A stretch of 63,431 bases of DNA. It comes from an uncultured Verrucomicrobia subdivision 3 bacterium (GTDB lineage Bacteria; Verrucomicrobiota; Verrucomicrobiia; Limisphaerales; UBA11358). The stretch lies in assembly GCA_903911825.1 (NCBI GenBank), contig CAIWFB010000050.1:1-63431 (forward strand). The letters run 5' to 3'. Shown piece by piece: positions 8,138 through 18,660 of this stretch. Position 1 is the stretch's first letter, and every line of letters begins with the position of its first letter. Under the pieces are notes generated by a model, which ran no database searches, was not told where the DNA came from, and worked only from the letters and a program-made list of their open reading frames with translations. A program made the translations under genes and the position numbers.

Positions 8138-11100
8138 ATGATCAAAACTAAATTTAAAACTAGGAGTCAGGGTGTCCGAGTAATTGCACGTAAATGTTTG
8201 TTAGCCTCGATGATGCTTGGGTCTATGCTTCTGGGGGCATCGGCTTTTGCGCAAACTGTGACGCTAACGAATATTTCGGGATTTAAGGTTTTTGCCGGCG
8301 GTGGTGGTTATAGCGGATCCTATACAAATGTGCAGATTAGGGCGGTTTTAACAGGGGATTTTACCACCGTTCTCAATCCCGTGACATTATCCGTTTCTGG
8401 TGCGCCGGCCGGATTGACTACAGTTTTTTTGACTAATAATTTTACTGGTAGCCAAACGCTTTTTTTAAATTTCGGGGTTACAAATGTTGCTAAGGGTGTT
8501 TACCCGCTTACTTTCTCAGCAACGACCAACGGTCAGCCGATTGGCAATACCTTAGTAATTCCGTTGATTGTGGGAACACTTTGGACAAACAGCAATCCTG
8601 CGGGGGATGTGACGTGGGCAAATTCCGCAAACTGGAGCGGTGGCGTGCCTGCTACTGGTGACGATGTTATGTTCCAAGATGCCGGCTATAACACAAACAC
8701 TCTGGGTGGTTCAGTTTCACTCAATTCCCTCTCTTTTATCCGTAATCTCTCTGGCACTAACCAGAATATGGCTATTGCCGCTGGTCAGACAGTTCAGGTT
8801 CTTGGAACCAATGGCTTTGCGGTGAATGTGGATTCTTTTCCCGGGAACAACAAGACCACGACAGTTAACATTTTTGGCGCTGGTGGCACGTTGTTGGTTT
8901 CCAATACGGCAGCAAACTTCACTGTAAATGGCGTCAGCACGAGTGGAACTGGCACAACTTTGGGCATGGCAAACTTAGATACGCTCAAAGCTTATGTCAG
9001 CAGGTTTTGTTCAGGAGACTTCACAACCGCGTTGCAGGGATTGGTTGGCAATGGTGGCACGAGTCCTCAAGGCACAAGGTTGGATTTGGCCAAAACCAAC
9101 ATCATCTATGCTACGTATGTGGGCGACTATACAACTACCAATCCGATACTGACGGCGATTTCATACGAAAATCACTACGATGGTAATAATGGTGGCACTG
9201 CACCTCTCAACTTAGGGCTTAATACCACTATTCAAGCAGATGCGATGATTTTTGGTCAGGGCAAATCTGGCGGAAGCAGTTCGGCTGTCCAAATAAATTC
9301 GAGCTTTGTGAATCTCCGTCCTTCCGCATCTTTCCGTAATACGAATAATGGCAGAATCACACTTTTAGGTGTGGCTATTGACAGTGGAACTACGACAAAC
9401 ACGGGTAATAACTCCCGGATGATCTTGAATCTGAATAATGTCAATGTGGACATGTTAGTTGACACAATTTGGTTGGGGCGCAACCGCTTGTTCTCATCTT
9501 CCCCCAACACTCTCAACCGTGGTAATCTGCTATTTGATTGGGGCACGATTAATGCGAACACCATTCGTGCGGGTTATCAGGCTTATACGGGTGAAGGTCT
9601 TTGTCAGGCAGATATCACGGTTGGTGGAAATTCTACAAACACTGCACTACTAGTAGTTAACACTGAGCTAAATCTTGGTTACACTGCTGGTGACTGGGGC
9701 GCGGGGAATGCCGTCAGAAATTTTGGCCGTTTAACTATTGCAACGAATGGGACGGCCCGGGTGAATCAAGTCACGGTTGGCACATTAAGCACCAACAATA
9801 CGATTACAATTCAAAACGGCGGTGTGCTAGTGCTTAGCAATGCTGTTGCCTCGCCAGTCAAGGGTTTGACTACTTTGGCAATGACTGGCGGATCGCTTAC
9901 TCTGTCCGCAGTTGCCGGAACTACAAATATTTTTGTGACAAATTTAACAACCACCGTCGGCAGCAAAATTAACATTAATTCCTTGTCGGGGTTTGTCTCA
10001 TATCCGGCTACCAACGTCATTATCAAGTATGATATTGCCTCTGATCACTCGTCACTCGGAATTGGCGCATTGCCTCCTGGGTTTAACAACCTTTTGTTGA
10101 ATGACAACACTGCTAATAAAACTATCGAGTTGATTATCAGCACCAATGCACCTCAGTCTTTGGTGTGGAAGGGTCCCGGTTCGATTTGGGATCATTCAAG
10201 CTATAATTGGGTTTTGGCAACTAATACTTCCATAGCCGCAAAGTTTACCGATGGTGACAAAGTCATTTTCAATGATACGGCTGGCGTGCCTACGGCGATT
10301 ACGATTTCTGAAATCGTAGCTCCTAGTCAGACTGGTATCGGTATCTCATTTACAAATTCCGTTAACAATTATGTGTTCACCTCTACGAGCCCTAACGGTA
10401 TTTCTGCGGGTTCTTTGAATAAATATGGCACCGGCTCGGTTCAAATGGATGCCTTCGCCAATGTAACTGCTCAAATTAACGCAGGAAAACTTTTTGGCAG
10501 TGGTGTTCTGGCTTCGGTGGTGACCGCTAATAGCACTTTCTTTGGTTGGTCTGGACAGGTGATGGGGAGTTCGTCTATTGGTGGTGGTGCCACGAATAGC
10601 GGCACTTTGAGTTCAGTTACTGTCAGTGCTGGCGGTTCTCTTACTAATAACGGCACAATTTCCGGAACTTTCACGGTAAACACAAACGCTTTGCTCTACA
10701 ATAACGGCACAATTGCCAATCTCGGGACATCAACGGTTGATTCAGGTGGCAGAATGGTTAATGCCGCTGGAAGTATAACTGGATTTTCAATTAGCGTTTC
10801 AGGGGTGTTTGAAGACGCTGGTATTAGTCCAATTAAGTTGTCCGCTACTGCCTCTGGTGGGCAGCCAGCAGGTTTAGATATTAAAGGCGGTGGTCTATTT
10901 GTGCCCGGTGGATCAGGGATTGGAACCACTACTGTTTTGCAAACATCGGATAACGATCCCCTTGCGTCAGGAAATGTGAAGTTTAATCCGGGCTCTACCA
11001 ATATAATCAAAGTTGATCCCGGTGCGGCTGGTCAGAAAAATACCAAGGTGCTATCTAATATCCAATTTTTGGGTGGTAGTCATGGTTTGCCGCTCGTGGC

Positions 11101-11566
11101 GGATGGGGGCACGGTGGTAATGACCAATGTTGGAGCTACGCCATTTGCAGCTGGTCAATCATTTAAGTTGTTCGGCACGCAGCCTTCTGATGGATCGTTC
11201 AATCCTGACATTTTCCCGCTGAACACAACTAACGCGCTTCCAATCATGGTCCCGGCCCATCCTGCATTTGGCCTAGATTGGGATTTGAGTCAGGTTATCT
11301 ATGATGGAACGGTAACAATTGTTGCCTCCGCTTTGCCGCAGACTCCTACTAATATCGTCTTATCAACTTCTGGTAATACCATGACGCTTTCATGGCCTAC
11401 CGAATACACTGGTTGGCGTCTGCTTTCGCAAACGAATACTTTAAGTATCGGGTTGAGCACTAATTGGGCAATAGTAGGTGGTTCGACCACTAATAATTCA
11501 GTAACCATCACTAACAACCCTGCTAATCCGTCTGTCTATTACAAGTTGTCGTATCCTTATCCGTGA
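8138..11566 (+). CDS. Large G/T/N/S-rich secreted beta-helix/autotransporter-repeat-like surface protein with C-terminal sorting-like domain
   Basis: Signal peptide ending ASAFA; W..SANWSGGVP..GDDV.F and VWKG...WD....NW...F.DGD.V.FND motifs; degenerate LNKYGTG repeat; no autotransporter barrel; C-terminus LSWP..YTGWRL...W...VYYKL. Confidence 0.85.
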   Translation: MIKTKFKTRSQGVRVIARKCLLASMMLGSMLLGASAFAQTVTLTNISGFKVFAGGGGYSGSYTNVQIRAVLTGDFTTVLNPVTLSVSGAPAGLTTVFLTNNFTGSQTLFLNFGVTNVAKGVYPLTFSATTNGQPIGNTLVIPLIVGTLWTNSNPAGDVTWANSANWSGGVPATGDDVMFQDAGYNTNTLGGSVSLNSLSFIRNLSGTNQNMAIAAGQTVQVLGTNGFAVNVDSFPGNNKTTTVNIFGAGGTLLVSNTAANFTVNGVSTSGTGTTLGMANLDTLKAYVSRFCSGDFTTALQGLVGNGGTSPQGTRLDLAKTNIIYATYVGDYTTTNPILTAISYENHYDGNNGGTAPLNLGLNTTIQADAMIFGQGKSGGSSSAVQINSSFVNLRPSASFRNTNNGRITLLGVAIDSGTTTNTGNNSRMILNLNNVNVDMLVDTIWLGRNRLFSSSPNTLNRGNLLFDWGTINANTIRAGYQAYTGEGLCQADITVGGNSTNTALLVVNTELNLGYTAGDWGAGNAVRNFGRLTIATNGTARVNQVTVGTLSTNNTITIQNGGVLVLSNAVASPVKGLTTLAMTGGSLTLSAVAGTTNIFVTNLTTTVGSKININSLSGFVSYPATNVIIKYDIASDHSSLGIGALPPGFNNLLLNDNTANKTIELIISTNAPQSLVWKGPGSIWDHSSYNWVLATNTSIAAKFTDGDKVIFNDTAGVPTAITISEIVAPSQTGIGISFTNSVNNYVFTSTSPNGISAGSLNKYGTGSVQMDAFANVTAQINAGKLFGSGVLASVVTANSTFFGWSGQVMGSSSIGGGATNSGTLSSVTVSAGGSLTNNGTISGTFTVNTNALLYNNGTIANLGTSTVDSGGRMVNAAGSITGFSISVSGVFEDAGISPIKLSATASGGQPAGLDIKGGGLFVPGGSGIGTTTVLQTSDNDPLASGNVKFNPGSTNIIKVDPGAAGQKNTKVLSNIQFLGGSHGLPLVADGGTVVMTNVGATPFAAGQSFKLFGTQPSDGSFNPDIFPLNTTNALPIMVPAHPAFGLDWDLSQVIYDGTVTIVASALPQTPTNIVLSTSGNTMTLSWPTEYTGWRLLSQTNTLSIGLSTNWAIVGGSTTNNSVTITNNPANPSVYYKLSYPYP

Positions 11567-11599
11567 GGAAAGAGGCGTAACCAGCTAGTTGTTATTTTC

Positions 11600-11640
11600 A
11601 GCCGGGGTTGAGTTTAAACTTGGCCCCGGCTTTTAATTTT
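11600..11640 (+). terminator. Intrinsic terminator after the prepilin/surface-protein pair
   Basis: agccgggg-ttgagtttaaacttgg-ccccggct hairpin followed by tttaatttt. Confidence 0.75.
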
Positions 11641-11701
11641 CCAAATAAAACGATTTTTTTAATAACCAAAACATTTGTCAAACGTCTGTGTCATCCACGC
11701 C

Positions 11702-13114
11702 ATGAATCGCTACTCGTTTCTGAAGTTCGCCGCTCTCTCGGTGCTATGTATGTTGCCGTCCGTTGTTTCTGCGGCGGTGCCGCTGGCTTTTCCCACGGCG
11801 GAAGGTTACGGACGATTTGCTCAAGGCGGGCGTGGCGGGCGAGTCTTGCACGTCACCAACCTGAATGATTCTGGCCCTGGCAGTTTGCGTGAAGCGGTCG
11901 AAGCGACGGGTTCCCGCACGGTGGTGTTTGATGTGTCGGGCCTGATTACGTTGGAATCGCGTCTCATTATCCGCAAAACCAATTCCGATCTCACTATCGC
12001 GGGCCAGACCGCACCTGGCCAAGGTATCTGCCTGCGCAAATATAATTTCGGAATGTTGGGCGCAACCAATGTCATCATCCGTTATATGCGTGTGCGACCC
12101 GGAAACCTTTCTGGCACCACGCTTGATGGTATGGGCATGGCTTCGGCCAATGATTGTATCATTGACCATTGCTCAATTAGTTGGACGCTGGATGAGGCGT
12201 TCAGTTCGCGCGGAGCGCACAGCATCACCTTGCAACGCACGCTGATTTCCGAGGCCCTTAACGCCGCTGGCCACAAAAAATATCCGCCGGGCACGCAGCA
12301 CGGTTACGCCGCTAGCATCGGTGGCGATGTCGGCAGCTTCCACCATAACCTTCTGGCGAACTGCGAGGGTCGTAACTGGAGTCTGGCGGGTGGGTTGGAA
12401 AAGAAAACCTCCGCCTACGCTGGTCGCATGGATTTGCGAAATAACGTCATTTTTAACTGGAAACACCGTGCGACCGACGGCGGTGCGCATGAGGTCAACT
12501 TCGTCAATAACTTCTACCAACCCGGCCCGGCAACGGATTTTTTCTATGCCCTCAATGCACAATACGGAGGCTTCCCCGGCACGCAGCAATATTATTTTGT
12601 CGGCAACGTTATGCCGGGACATTTTGGTCTGACGAATCAAGAAGTTGGTCGCGAGGCCACCACCGAACGGGGAGGGAAAATTCCCGTGGAGTATTCGCCG
12701 TGGGTTGATAAAGAATTTTTTCCGTCATTCGTGAAAACGCAGAGTGCCGCCGAGGCCTACACGAATGTCCTCGCCGATGTTGGTTGTAATTTCCCGGCGC
12801 TGGATGCCCACGACCAACGCATTATCGCCGAAGTTCGCAGCGGTATTCCCAAATTCAAAGGCAGCAAAACTGGCTTGCCCGGTTTACCGGATTCTCAGGA
12901 CGACGTGGGTGGCTGGGATGATTATCCGGAAGTTCATCGAGCCGCTGATTGGGATACGGACGGAGACGGCATTCCCGACGCTTGGGAAAAATCTCACGCA
13001 CTGAACCCAAAAGATGCCAGTGATGCGAACAAAGATTTGAACGGCGATGGCTATACGAATCTCGAAAAATATCTCAACTCGCTCGTCGGCGAATACTCGC
13101 TGGCCAAGCACTGA
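11702..13114 (+). CDS. Pectate lyase, PL1 (subfamily 2-like), secreted
   Basis: AFPTAEGYGRFAQGGRGG, VTNLNDSGPGSLR, TIAGQTAPG, IIDHCSISW..DE, C-terminal DTDGDGIPDAWE and DGYTNLEKYLN. ATG at 11702. Confidence 0.92.
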   Translation: MNRYSFLKFAALSVLCMLPSVVSAAVPLAFPTAEGYGRFAQGGRGGRVLHVTNLNDSGPGSLREAVEATGSRTVVFDVSGLITLESRLIIRKTNSDLTIAGQTAPGQGICLRKYNFGMLGATNVIIRYMRVRPGNLSGTTLDGMGMASANDCIIDHCSISWTLDEAFSSRGAHSITLQRTLISEALNAAGHKKYPPGTQHGYAASIGGDVGSFHHNLLANCEGRNWSLAGGLEKKTSAYAGRMDLRNNVIFNWKHRATDGGAHEVNFVNNFYQPGPATDFFYALNAQYGGFPGTQQYYFVGNVMPGHFGLTNQEVGREATTERGGKIPVEYSPWVDKEFFPSFVKTQSAAEAYTNVLADVGCNFPALDAHDQRIIAEVRSGIPKFKGSKTGLPGLPDSQDDVGGWDDYPEVHRAADWDTDGDGIPDAWEKSHALNPKDASDANKDLNGDGYTNLEKYLNSLVGEYSLAKH

Positions 13115-13117
13115 TCC

Positions 13118-14812
13118 ATGAAGAATAAAATAATTTTTGCGGCGATAGTCTCGCTCGCATCCCAATTTGTTTCCGCTCGCGAAAACTGGCCAGTTCCTGA
13201 TGAGGCCATCAAAGCGCGTGAAGCCGCCTTGAATCACTACGAGCAGGACCTCGTCGCCCAACTAGCTCCCCAACTGGCGGAATGGGAGAAAAAGGGCAAA
13301 CCGTTTATTCCGTGGGCTGCGTTGCCGTCTGATTTGCCGCAGGCAACAGTTCCGGCGTTTCCCGGCGCGGAAGGCGGCGGCAAATTTTCCTTCGGCGGCC
13401 GAGGCGGGAAAATTTTTGTCGTGACGAATCTGAATGACAGTGGGCCGGGAACATTGCGTGAGGCGTGCGAATCTGCCGGACCGCGTATCGTGGTGTTCAA
13501 TATTGCGGGCATCATTCATTTGGCGAAGCCGGTTTATATTGAAGCGCCTTATCTCACGATTGACGGGCACACTGCGCCCGGTGATGGCATTTGCATCGCG
13601 GACAACGGTTTGGTGGACAACGCCCATGACGTGGTGATTCGCTACCTGCGTTTGCGCCGAGGAAATCTGGACATCTTCAATCGTCACGGCGTGCATTACG
13701 GCAGTCCCATCGGCAATATCATTCTCGATCACATCTCGGCGAGCTGGGGGCAGGATCAAAATATTGATACTTACCGCCACATGTATCAGCCGACGAACGG
13801 CGGCCCGGCGCTCAAACTACCGGCGGTCAACGTGACGATTCAGTGGACCATCACCAGTGAAGCTTTGAATACCTACAATCATGCGTTCGGTGGCGATTGG
13901 GGCGGACGCAACTCCGGCTTTCATCACAATCTTTTCGCCTGCAACACCGGGCGCAATCCCAGCGTGGCGATGACTTATGATTTTAATTTCGTCAACAATG
14001 TGCTGTTCAACTGGCGGCATCGCACGATTGACGGCGGCGACAAGGACAGCCAATACAACATCATCAACAACTATTTCAAGCCCGGTCCGGCGGCGAACAA
14101 TGGGCCGATTGCGTATCGCATTTTGCAGCCCTCCGCCACGCAGAAAAAGCCGGATCTGATTCCGTATTTTGGCAAGGCTTACGTCGCGGGCAACATCATG
14201 GAGGGAAATGAAAAAGTGACGGCTGACAATTGGGCGGGCGGCGTGCAATTTTCCGACGGCGGCTCCAAGGACGACCCGACCATCAACACCAACGAGTCCA
14301 TGAAAAAAATCGTCGCGCAAGTGCGCGTGGACAAAGCGTTCCCGATGCCGCAGATCACGATGACTTCCGCACAACAGGCGTTTGACGATGTGCTAAAAAA
14401 TGCTGGCGCCAATCTGCCGCGCCGCGATGCCGTGGACGAACGCGTGGCCAACACCGTTCGCACCGGCAAGGTTTGGAGCGCGGGCAAAGAATTCCTGCCG
14501 CCACAGCCGGAGGGTCTTGCGAAAAATAATTACGGCAAAGCTGGTAACGGCATTATCACCGACGTTTCTCAAGTTGGCGGCTATCCTGAATACAAAGGTG
14601 AACCGATCAAAGATTTGGGTGCGGATGGAATTCCGCTGTCGTGGAAAAAGAAATTTAATCTTGATGCGAACGACGCATCGCTCGCGCAAAAAGATTTGCA
14701 GGGCGACGGCTACACGGTCATGGATAAATATCTGGCCGACCTTGATCCAACTAAAAAAATTGATTGGAGCAAGTCTGATAGCAACGTGAACACGCTTACC
14801 GGGGCCCGTTGA
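13118..14812 (+). CDS. Pectate lyase, PL1, secreted
   Basis: AFPGAEGGGKFSFGGRGG, VTNLNDSGPGTLR, DHISASWG.D, HHNLFACNTGRNPS. Confidence 0.9.
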   Translation: MKNKIIFAAIVSLASQFVSARENWPVPDEAIKAREAALNHYEQDLVAQLAPQLAEWEKKGKPFIPWAALPSDLPQATVPAFPGAEGGGKFSFGGRGGKIFVVTNLNDSGPGTLREACESAGPRIVVFNIAGIIHLAKPVYIEAPYLTIDGHTAPGDGICIADNGLVDNAHDVVIRYLRLRRGNLDIFNRHGVHYGSPIGNIILDHISASWGQDQNIDTYRHMYQPTNGGPALKLPAVNVTIQWTITSEALNTYNHAFGGDWGGRNSGFHHNLFACNTGRNPSVAMTYDFNFVNNVLFNWRHRTIDGGDKDSQYNIINNYFKPGPAANNGPIAYRILQPSATQKKPDLIPYFGKAYVAGNIMEGNEKVTADNWAGGVQFSDGGSKDDPTINTNESMKKIVAQVRVDKAFPMPQITMTSAQQAFDDVLKNAGANLPRRDAVDERVANTVRTGKVWSAGKEFLPPQPEGLAKNNYGKAGNGIITDVSQVGGYPEYKGEPIKDLGADGIPLSWKKKFNLDANDASLAQKDLQGDGYTVMDKYLADLDPTKKIDWSKSDSNVNTLTGAR

Positions 14813-14816
14813 TTTC

Positions 14817-16496
14817 ATGAAAACTAATTTACTCATTCTGTCGCTCGTGCTGGTTTCAGTAGTTTCGTCCCGCGCCCAATATCCCACGATTTCTTCCGCC
14901 ATCTCCGCCGAGGCGAAAGCGAAACAATCTGCCGCCGATCAGCGTTCGGACGAAGCGTTTGCCAAAGCGCAGCCCGCCATCAAAGCTTGGGCGGCCAAGG
15001 GGAAACCGTATCTGCCCGGTGCGGCGGAGCCGAAAGATTTGCCACAGGCGAGTGTGCCTTCATTTCCCGGCGCGTGGGGCGGCGGTATGTATTCCTTTGG
15101 CGGCCGTGGCGGAACCACTTTTATAGTTACAAATCTGGCCGACAGCGGTGCGGGAACTTTTCGCGAAGCGTGCGAAGCCAGTGGCCCGCGCACCATTGTT
15201 TTCAACGTGGCAGGCATCATTCATCTCCAGGACCGTATCCGCATCCGCGCGCCTTACATCACCATCGTAGGCAACACCGCGCCGGGTGATGGCGTGTGCC
15301 TCGCGGGCAATACGGTTGAATTGGAGACGCATGATGTGGTGATCCGCTACATGAGATTTCGTCGCGGCGCGACGGACGTGGGCGACCGCAATGATTCACT
15401 GGGTGGCAACCCGACGGGCAACATCATGATTGATCACGTCTCGGGGAGTTGGGGTTTGGATGAAAATATGTCCATGTATCGCCACATGTATCAACCGCCC
15501 GAGGGCGGCAAGGAATTGAAACTGCCCACGGTCAATATCACGATGCAGAACTGCATTTTCAGCGAAGGTTTGAATACCTATCACCACGCGTTCGGCAGCA
15601 CCATCGGTGGATTGAACAGCACGTTTCATCACAATCTCTGGGCGTGTAATACGGGCCGCAACCCGAGCGTGGGCATGATCGGGGATTTCACCTTCATCAA
15701 CAACGTCGTCTTTAACTGGGTTCACCGCACGGTGGATGGCGGCGATCACCGCAGCTATTACACGATTGAAAATAATTATTTCAAACCCGGACCTGCTACG
15801 CCCACGGACAAGGAAATCGGCTGGCGTTTGCTGAAGCCGGAGTCTGAGCGCAGCAAAACGGTGCAGGATCATTTCGGCATCGCCTACGTCCACGGCAACA
15901 TTGTCGAAGGCAACGCTAAGGTCACAGCTGATAATTGGGACGGCGGAGTGCAGCCGGACGTGAAAGTGGAATCACTTAAGGAGGCTCTGGCAAAAATTCG
16001 CACCGATATTCCGTTTCCGCACGCGCCGCTGCCCATGCAGACTGCCGATAAAATTTTCGCCACCGTCCTTGCGAATGCGGGCGCAACCTTGCCGGTTCGC
16101 GATGCCGTGGATAAACGCGTCACCGAGATGGTTCGCACCGGAAGAGTTGCCACTCAGGTTGATGCGGACGTCGCAGTTGAGGCTAGCCGCACGGGTTATT
16201 CCAAAGCGGCGCAGGCTGAATTACAGCGGTTGGCCAAGCTTGGACTGATCACTAGCCCAGCGCAGGTTGGTGGTTATCCTGAATACAAGGGCGAGCCTTA
16301 TACCGATCTCGGCGCAGATGGTATTCGTAAATCGTGGAAGGAAAAATATCACCTTGATCCGAACGACGCCGGACTCGCCAGTAAAGATTTGCAGGGCGAC
16401 GGTTACACGGTCATCGAGAAATATCTCTACGACCTCGACCCGACGAAGAAATTTGATTGGGCGGCCCTGCAAGCCAACGTCAATCCCGCGAAGTGA
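14817..16496 (+). CDS. Pectate lyase, PL1, secreted (paralogue of 13118..14812)
   Basis: FPGAWGGGMYSFGGRGG, DHVSGSWGLDE, HHNLWACNTGRNPS; shares the DLGADGI...DLQGDGYT tail with the preceding gene. Confidence 0.9.
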   Translation: MKTNLLILSLVLVSVVSSRAQYPTISSAISAEAKAKQSAADQRSDEAFAKAQPAIKAWAAKGKPYLPGAAEPKDLPQASVPSFPGAWGGGMYSFGGRGGTTFIVTNLADSGAGTFREACEASGPRTIVFNVAGIIHLQDRIRIRAPYITIVGNTAPGDGVCLAGNTVELETHDVVIRYMRFRRGATDVGDRNDSLGGNPTGNIMIDHVSGSWGLDENMSMYRHMYQPPEGGKELKLPTVNITMQNCIFSEGLNTYHHAFGSTIGGLNSTFHHNLWACNTGRNPSVGMIGDFTFINNVVFNWVHRTVDGGDHRSYYTIENNYFKPGPATPTDKEIGWRLLKPESERSKTVQDHFGIAYVHGNIVEGNAKVTADNWDGGVQPDVKVESLKEALAKIRTDIPFPHAPLPMQTADKIFATVLANAGATLPVRDAVDKRVTEMVRTGRVATQVDADVAVEASRTGYSKAAQAELQRLAKLGLITSPAQVGGYPEYKGEPYTDLGADGIRKSWKEKYHLDPNDAGLASKDLQGDGYTVIEKYLYDLDPTKKFDWAALQANVNPAK

Positions 16497-17728
16497 ACGG
16501 CGGCGCGCAAAAATTTTCTTCTTACGCTTGGGTGGTCGTGGCGTTGCTGTGGCCGGTGGTCTTGCTGAATTATCTCGACCGGCAGATGGTCTCCGCGATC
16601 CGCGCCTCGATTCGCGCGGACATTCCGAGTATCGCGAACGATCAGGATTTCGCCATGCTCATGGCGACGTTCATGTGGGTGTATGCGTTCTTGAGTCCGG
16701 TCGGCGGATTCATCGCCGATAAATTTAACCGCCGCTGGACGGTCATCGGTAGCTTATTCGTCTGGTCGGCGGTGACGTGGGCCACGGGGCACGCGCAGAC
16801 GTATTCGGAGATGCTGACGCTGCGCGCGCTCATGGGCATCAGCGAGGCGTTTTATATTCCAGCAGCGCTCGCGCTCATCGCGGATTTCCATACTGGCGGC
16901 ACGCGGGCCAAGGCGATTGGCATTCATCAAAGCGGTATTTACGTCGGCCTCGCATTGGGCGGCATCGGCGGCTATATCGCGCAAACCAGTTCGTGGCGAA
17001 ATTGTTTCACTTGGTTTGGAGCGGCGGGCGTGGCTTACGCCGTGGTGCTGTTGTTTGCTCTGCGCGATACGGAAAAACAAAATTCTGCTACGGCAAAAGC
17101 CCCCATCCGTATTGGTGAAACCTGCCGTGCGCTCTGGTCGCAACCGGCTTTCTGGATTCTGGTGGTTTATTTTACGCTACCCGCTATAGCTGGCTGGGTG
17201 ACGAAGAACTGGCTGCCAACGTATCTTGCAGACACGTTCCATCTCCAGCAAGGCCCGGCGGGCTTGTCAGCCACGGGCTATATTCAAATCGCCTCTTTTG
17301 TTGGCGTCTTGCTCGGTGGTGTGGTTGCCGACTGGTGGATGCGCCGGACGAATCGCGGCCGAATTTTTACGAGTGCCCTCGGCGTGCTACTCCTGGTGCC
17401 CGCACTGCTCGGCCTTGGTTATGCGGAAAGTCTGGCGATGGCGATTGGCGCGATGATTCTGTTCGGTATCGGTTGGGGTTTTTTCGACTGCAACAACATG
17501 CCCATCCTCTGCCAGATCGCGCGGCCGGAACATCGCGCCACCGGCTACGGCTTTATGAACCTCGTGAGCATCAGCGTGGGTGCGGGGGCGACTGTTGTGC
17601 TTGGCTGGATGCGCGACCATGGCATCAAGTTTTCCGTCGCGTTCGCGGTGTCAGCGGCGGTGGCATTGTTGAGCGCCGCTTTGATTTTGCTCCTCAAACC
17701 TAAGACCGATAACTTTGAACAAGCTTGA
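16493..17728 (+). CDS. MFS transporter (sugar-acid/ACS-like)
   Basis: LLNYLDRQ, GGFIADKFNRR, RALMGISEA, about 12 hydrophobic segments. GTG start overlaps the upstream TGA. Confidence 0.9.
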   Translation: MNGGAQKFSSYAWVVVALLWPVVLLNYLDRQMVSAIRASIRADIPSIANDQDFAMLMATFMWVYAFLSPVGGFIADKFNRRWTVIGSLFVWSAVTWATGHAQTYSEMLTLRALMGISEAFYIPAALALIADFHTGGTRAKAIGIHQSGIYVGLALGGIGGYIAQTSSWRNCFTWFGAAGVAYAVVLLFALRDTEKQNSATAKAPIRIGETCRALWSQPAFWILVVYFTLPAIAGWVTKNWLPTYLADTFHLQQGPAGLSATGYIQIASFVGVLLGGVVADWWMRRTNRGRIFTSALGVLLLVPALLGLGYAESLAMAIGAMILFGIGWGFFDCNNMPILCQIARPEHRATGYGFMNLVSISVGAGATVVLGWMRDHGIKFSVAFAVSAAVALLSAALILLLKPKTDNFEQA

Positions 17729-17729
17729 A

Positions 17730-18656
17730 ATGAAATCACCCCTTACTGGAATTGTCCCCCCGATGATCACGCCGTTGCGTGGCCGCGATGAGCTGGATGT
17801 CGCCGGTCTCGAACGCCTCTTGGAACACATTCTCGCTGGGGGCGTGATTGGATTATTTATTCTCGGCACCACTGGTGAAGGCCCCAGCTTGAGTTACCGT
17901 TTGCGTCGCGAACTCATCGAGCGCGTCTGCAAGCAGGTAAAAAAGCGCGTGCCAGTGCTCGTCGGCATCACCGACACGGCGTTCGTGGAATCCGTGAGCG
18001 TGGCGCGCGCCGCCGCAGATTTTGGCGCGGACGCCGTCGTGCTCGCGCCGCCGTATTATTTGCCGGAAGCGCAGCCGGAATTGCAGGAATATCTGGATCA
18101 TCTCGTGCCCGAATTGCCGTTGCCGCTTTATATCTACAACATGCCGGCGCTCACGAAAGTTCACATCGAAGCCGACACCATCCGTCGCGCGATGGATAAT
18201 CCGCACATCGTCGGGCTCAAAGATAGCTCTGGTGATTTGAACTATTTCAAGAATGCCGCCGAACTCATCAAACAACATCGTCCGGACTGGCCGTTGCTGT
18301 GCGGGCCGGAAGAAAAACTTCTGGCCACGCTGCAATTGGGTGGTAACGGCGGCGTGAGTGGCGGCGCGAATCTGTTCCCGAAACTCTATGTGAAACTTGT
18401 TGAAGCTTACCGCGCCGGAAATTTGGCTCGCGCCGAGGAATTGCAGCAGCAGATCCAGCGCGTGAGCGATTCGTTTTATCGCATCGGCAAGCACGCTTCC
18501 TCCATCATCAAAGGCATCAAGTGCGTGCTCGCCTGCCAAGGCATTTGCGATGATTTTATGGCGGAACCGTTCCATCGTTTCCGCGATGCTGAACGCGAAT
18601 TAGTAAAGACTCGCTTGAAAGAAATTGAAGCCGAAATTGCTAAGCTGAATTTGTGA
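17730..18656 (+). CDS. DHDPS/NAL-family class I aldolase (2-keto-3-deoxy sugar-acid aldolase-like)
   Basis: GTTGE, YIYNMP and GLKDSSGD (Schiff-base Lys). Confidence 0.9.
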   Translation: MKSPLTGIVPPMITPLRGRDELDVAGLERLLEHILAGGVIGLFILGTTGEGPSLSYRLRRELIERVCKQVKKRVPVLVGITDTAFVESVSVARAAADFGADAVVLAPPYYLPEAQPELQEYLDHLVPELPLPLYIYNMPALTKVHIEADTIRRAMDNPHIVGLKDSSGDLNYFKNAAELIKQHRPDWPLLCGPEEKLLATLQLGGNGGVSGGANLFPKLYVKLVEAYRAGNLARAEELQQQIQRVSDSFYRIGKHASSIIKGIKCVLACQGICDDFMAEPFHRFRDAERELVKTRLKEIEAEIAKLNL

Positions 18657-18660
18657 GCTG

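Noticed and set aside
8138-11566. Classical autotransporter or PEP-CTERM protein
   Set aside because: No C-terminal beta-barrel and no PEP-TM-basic tail.
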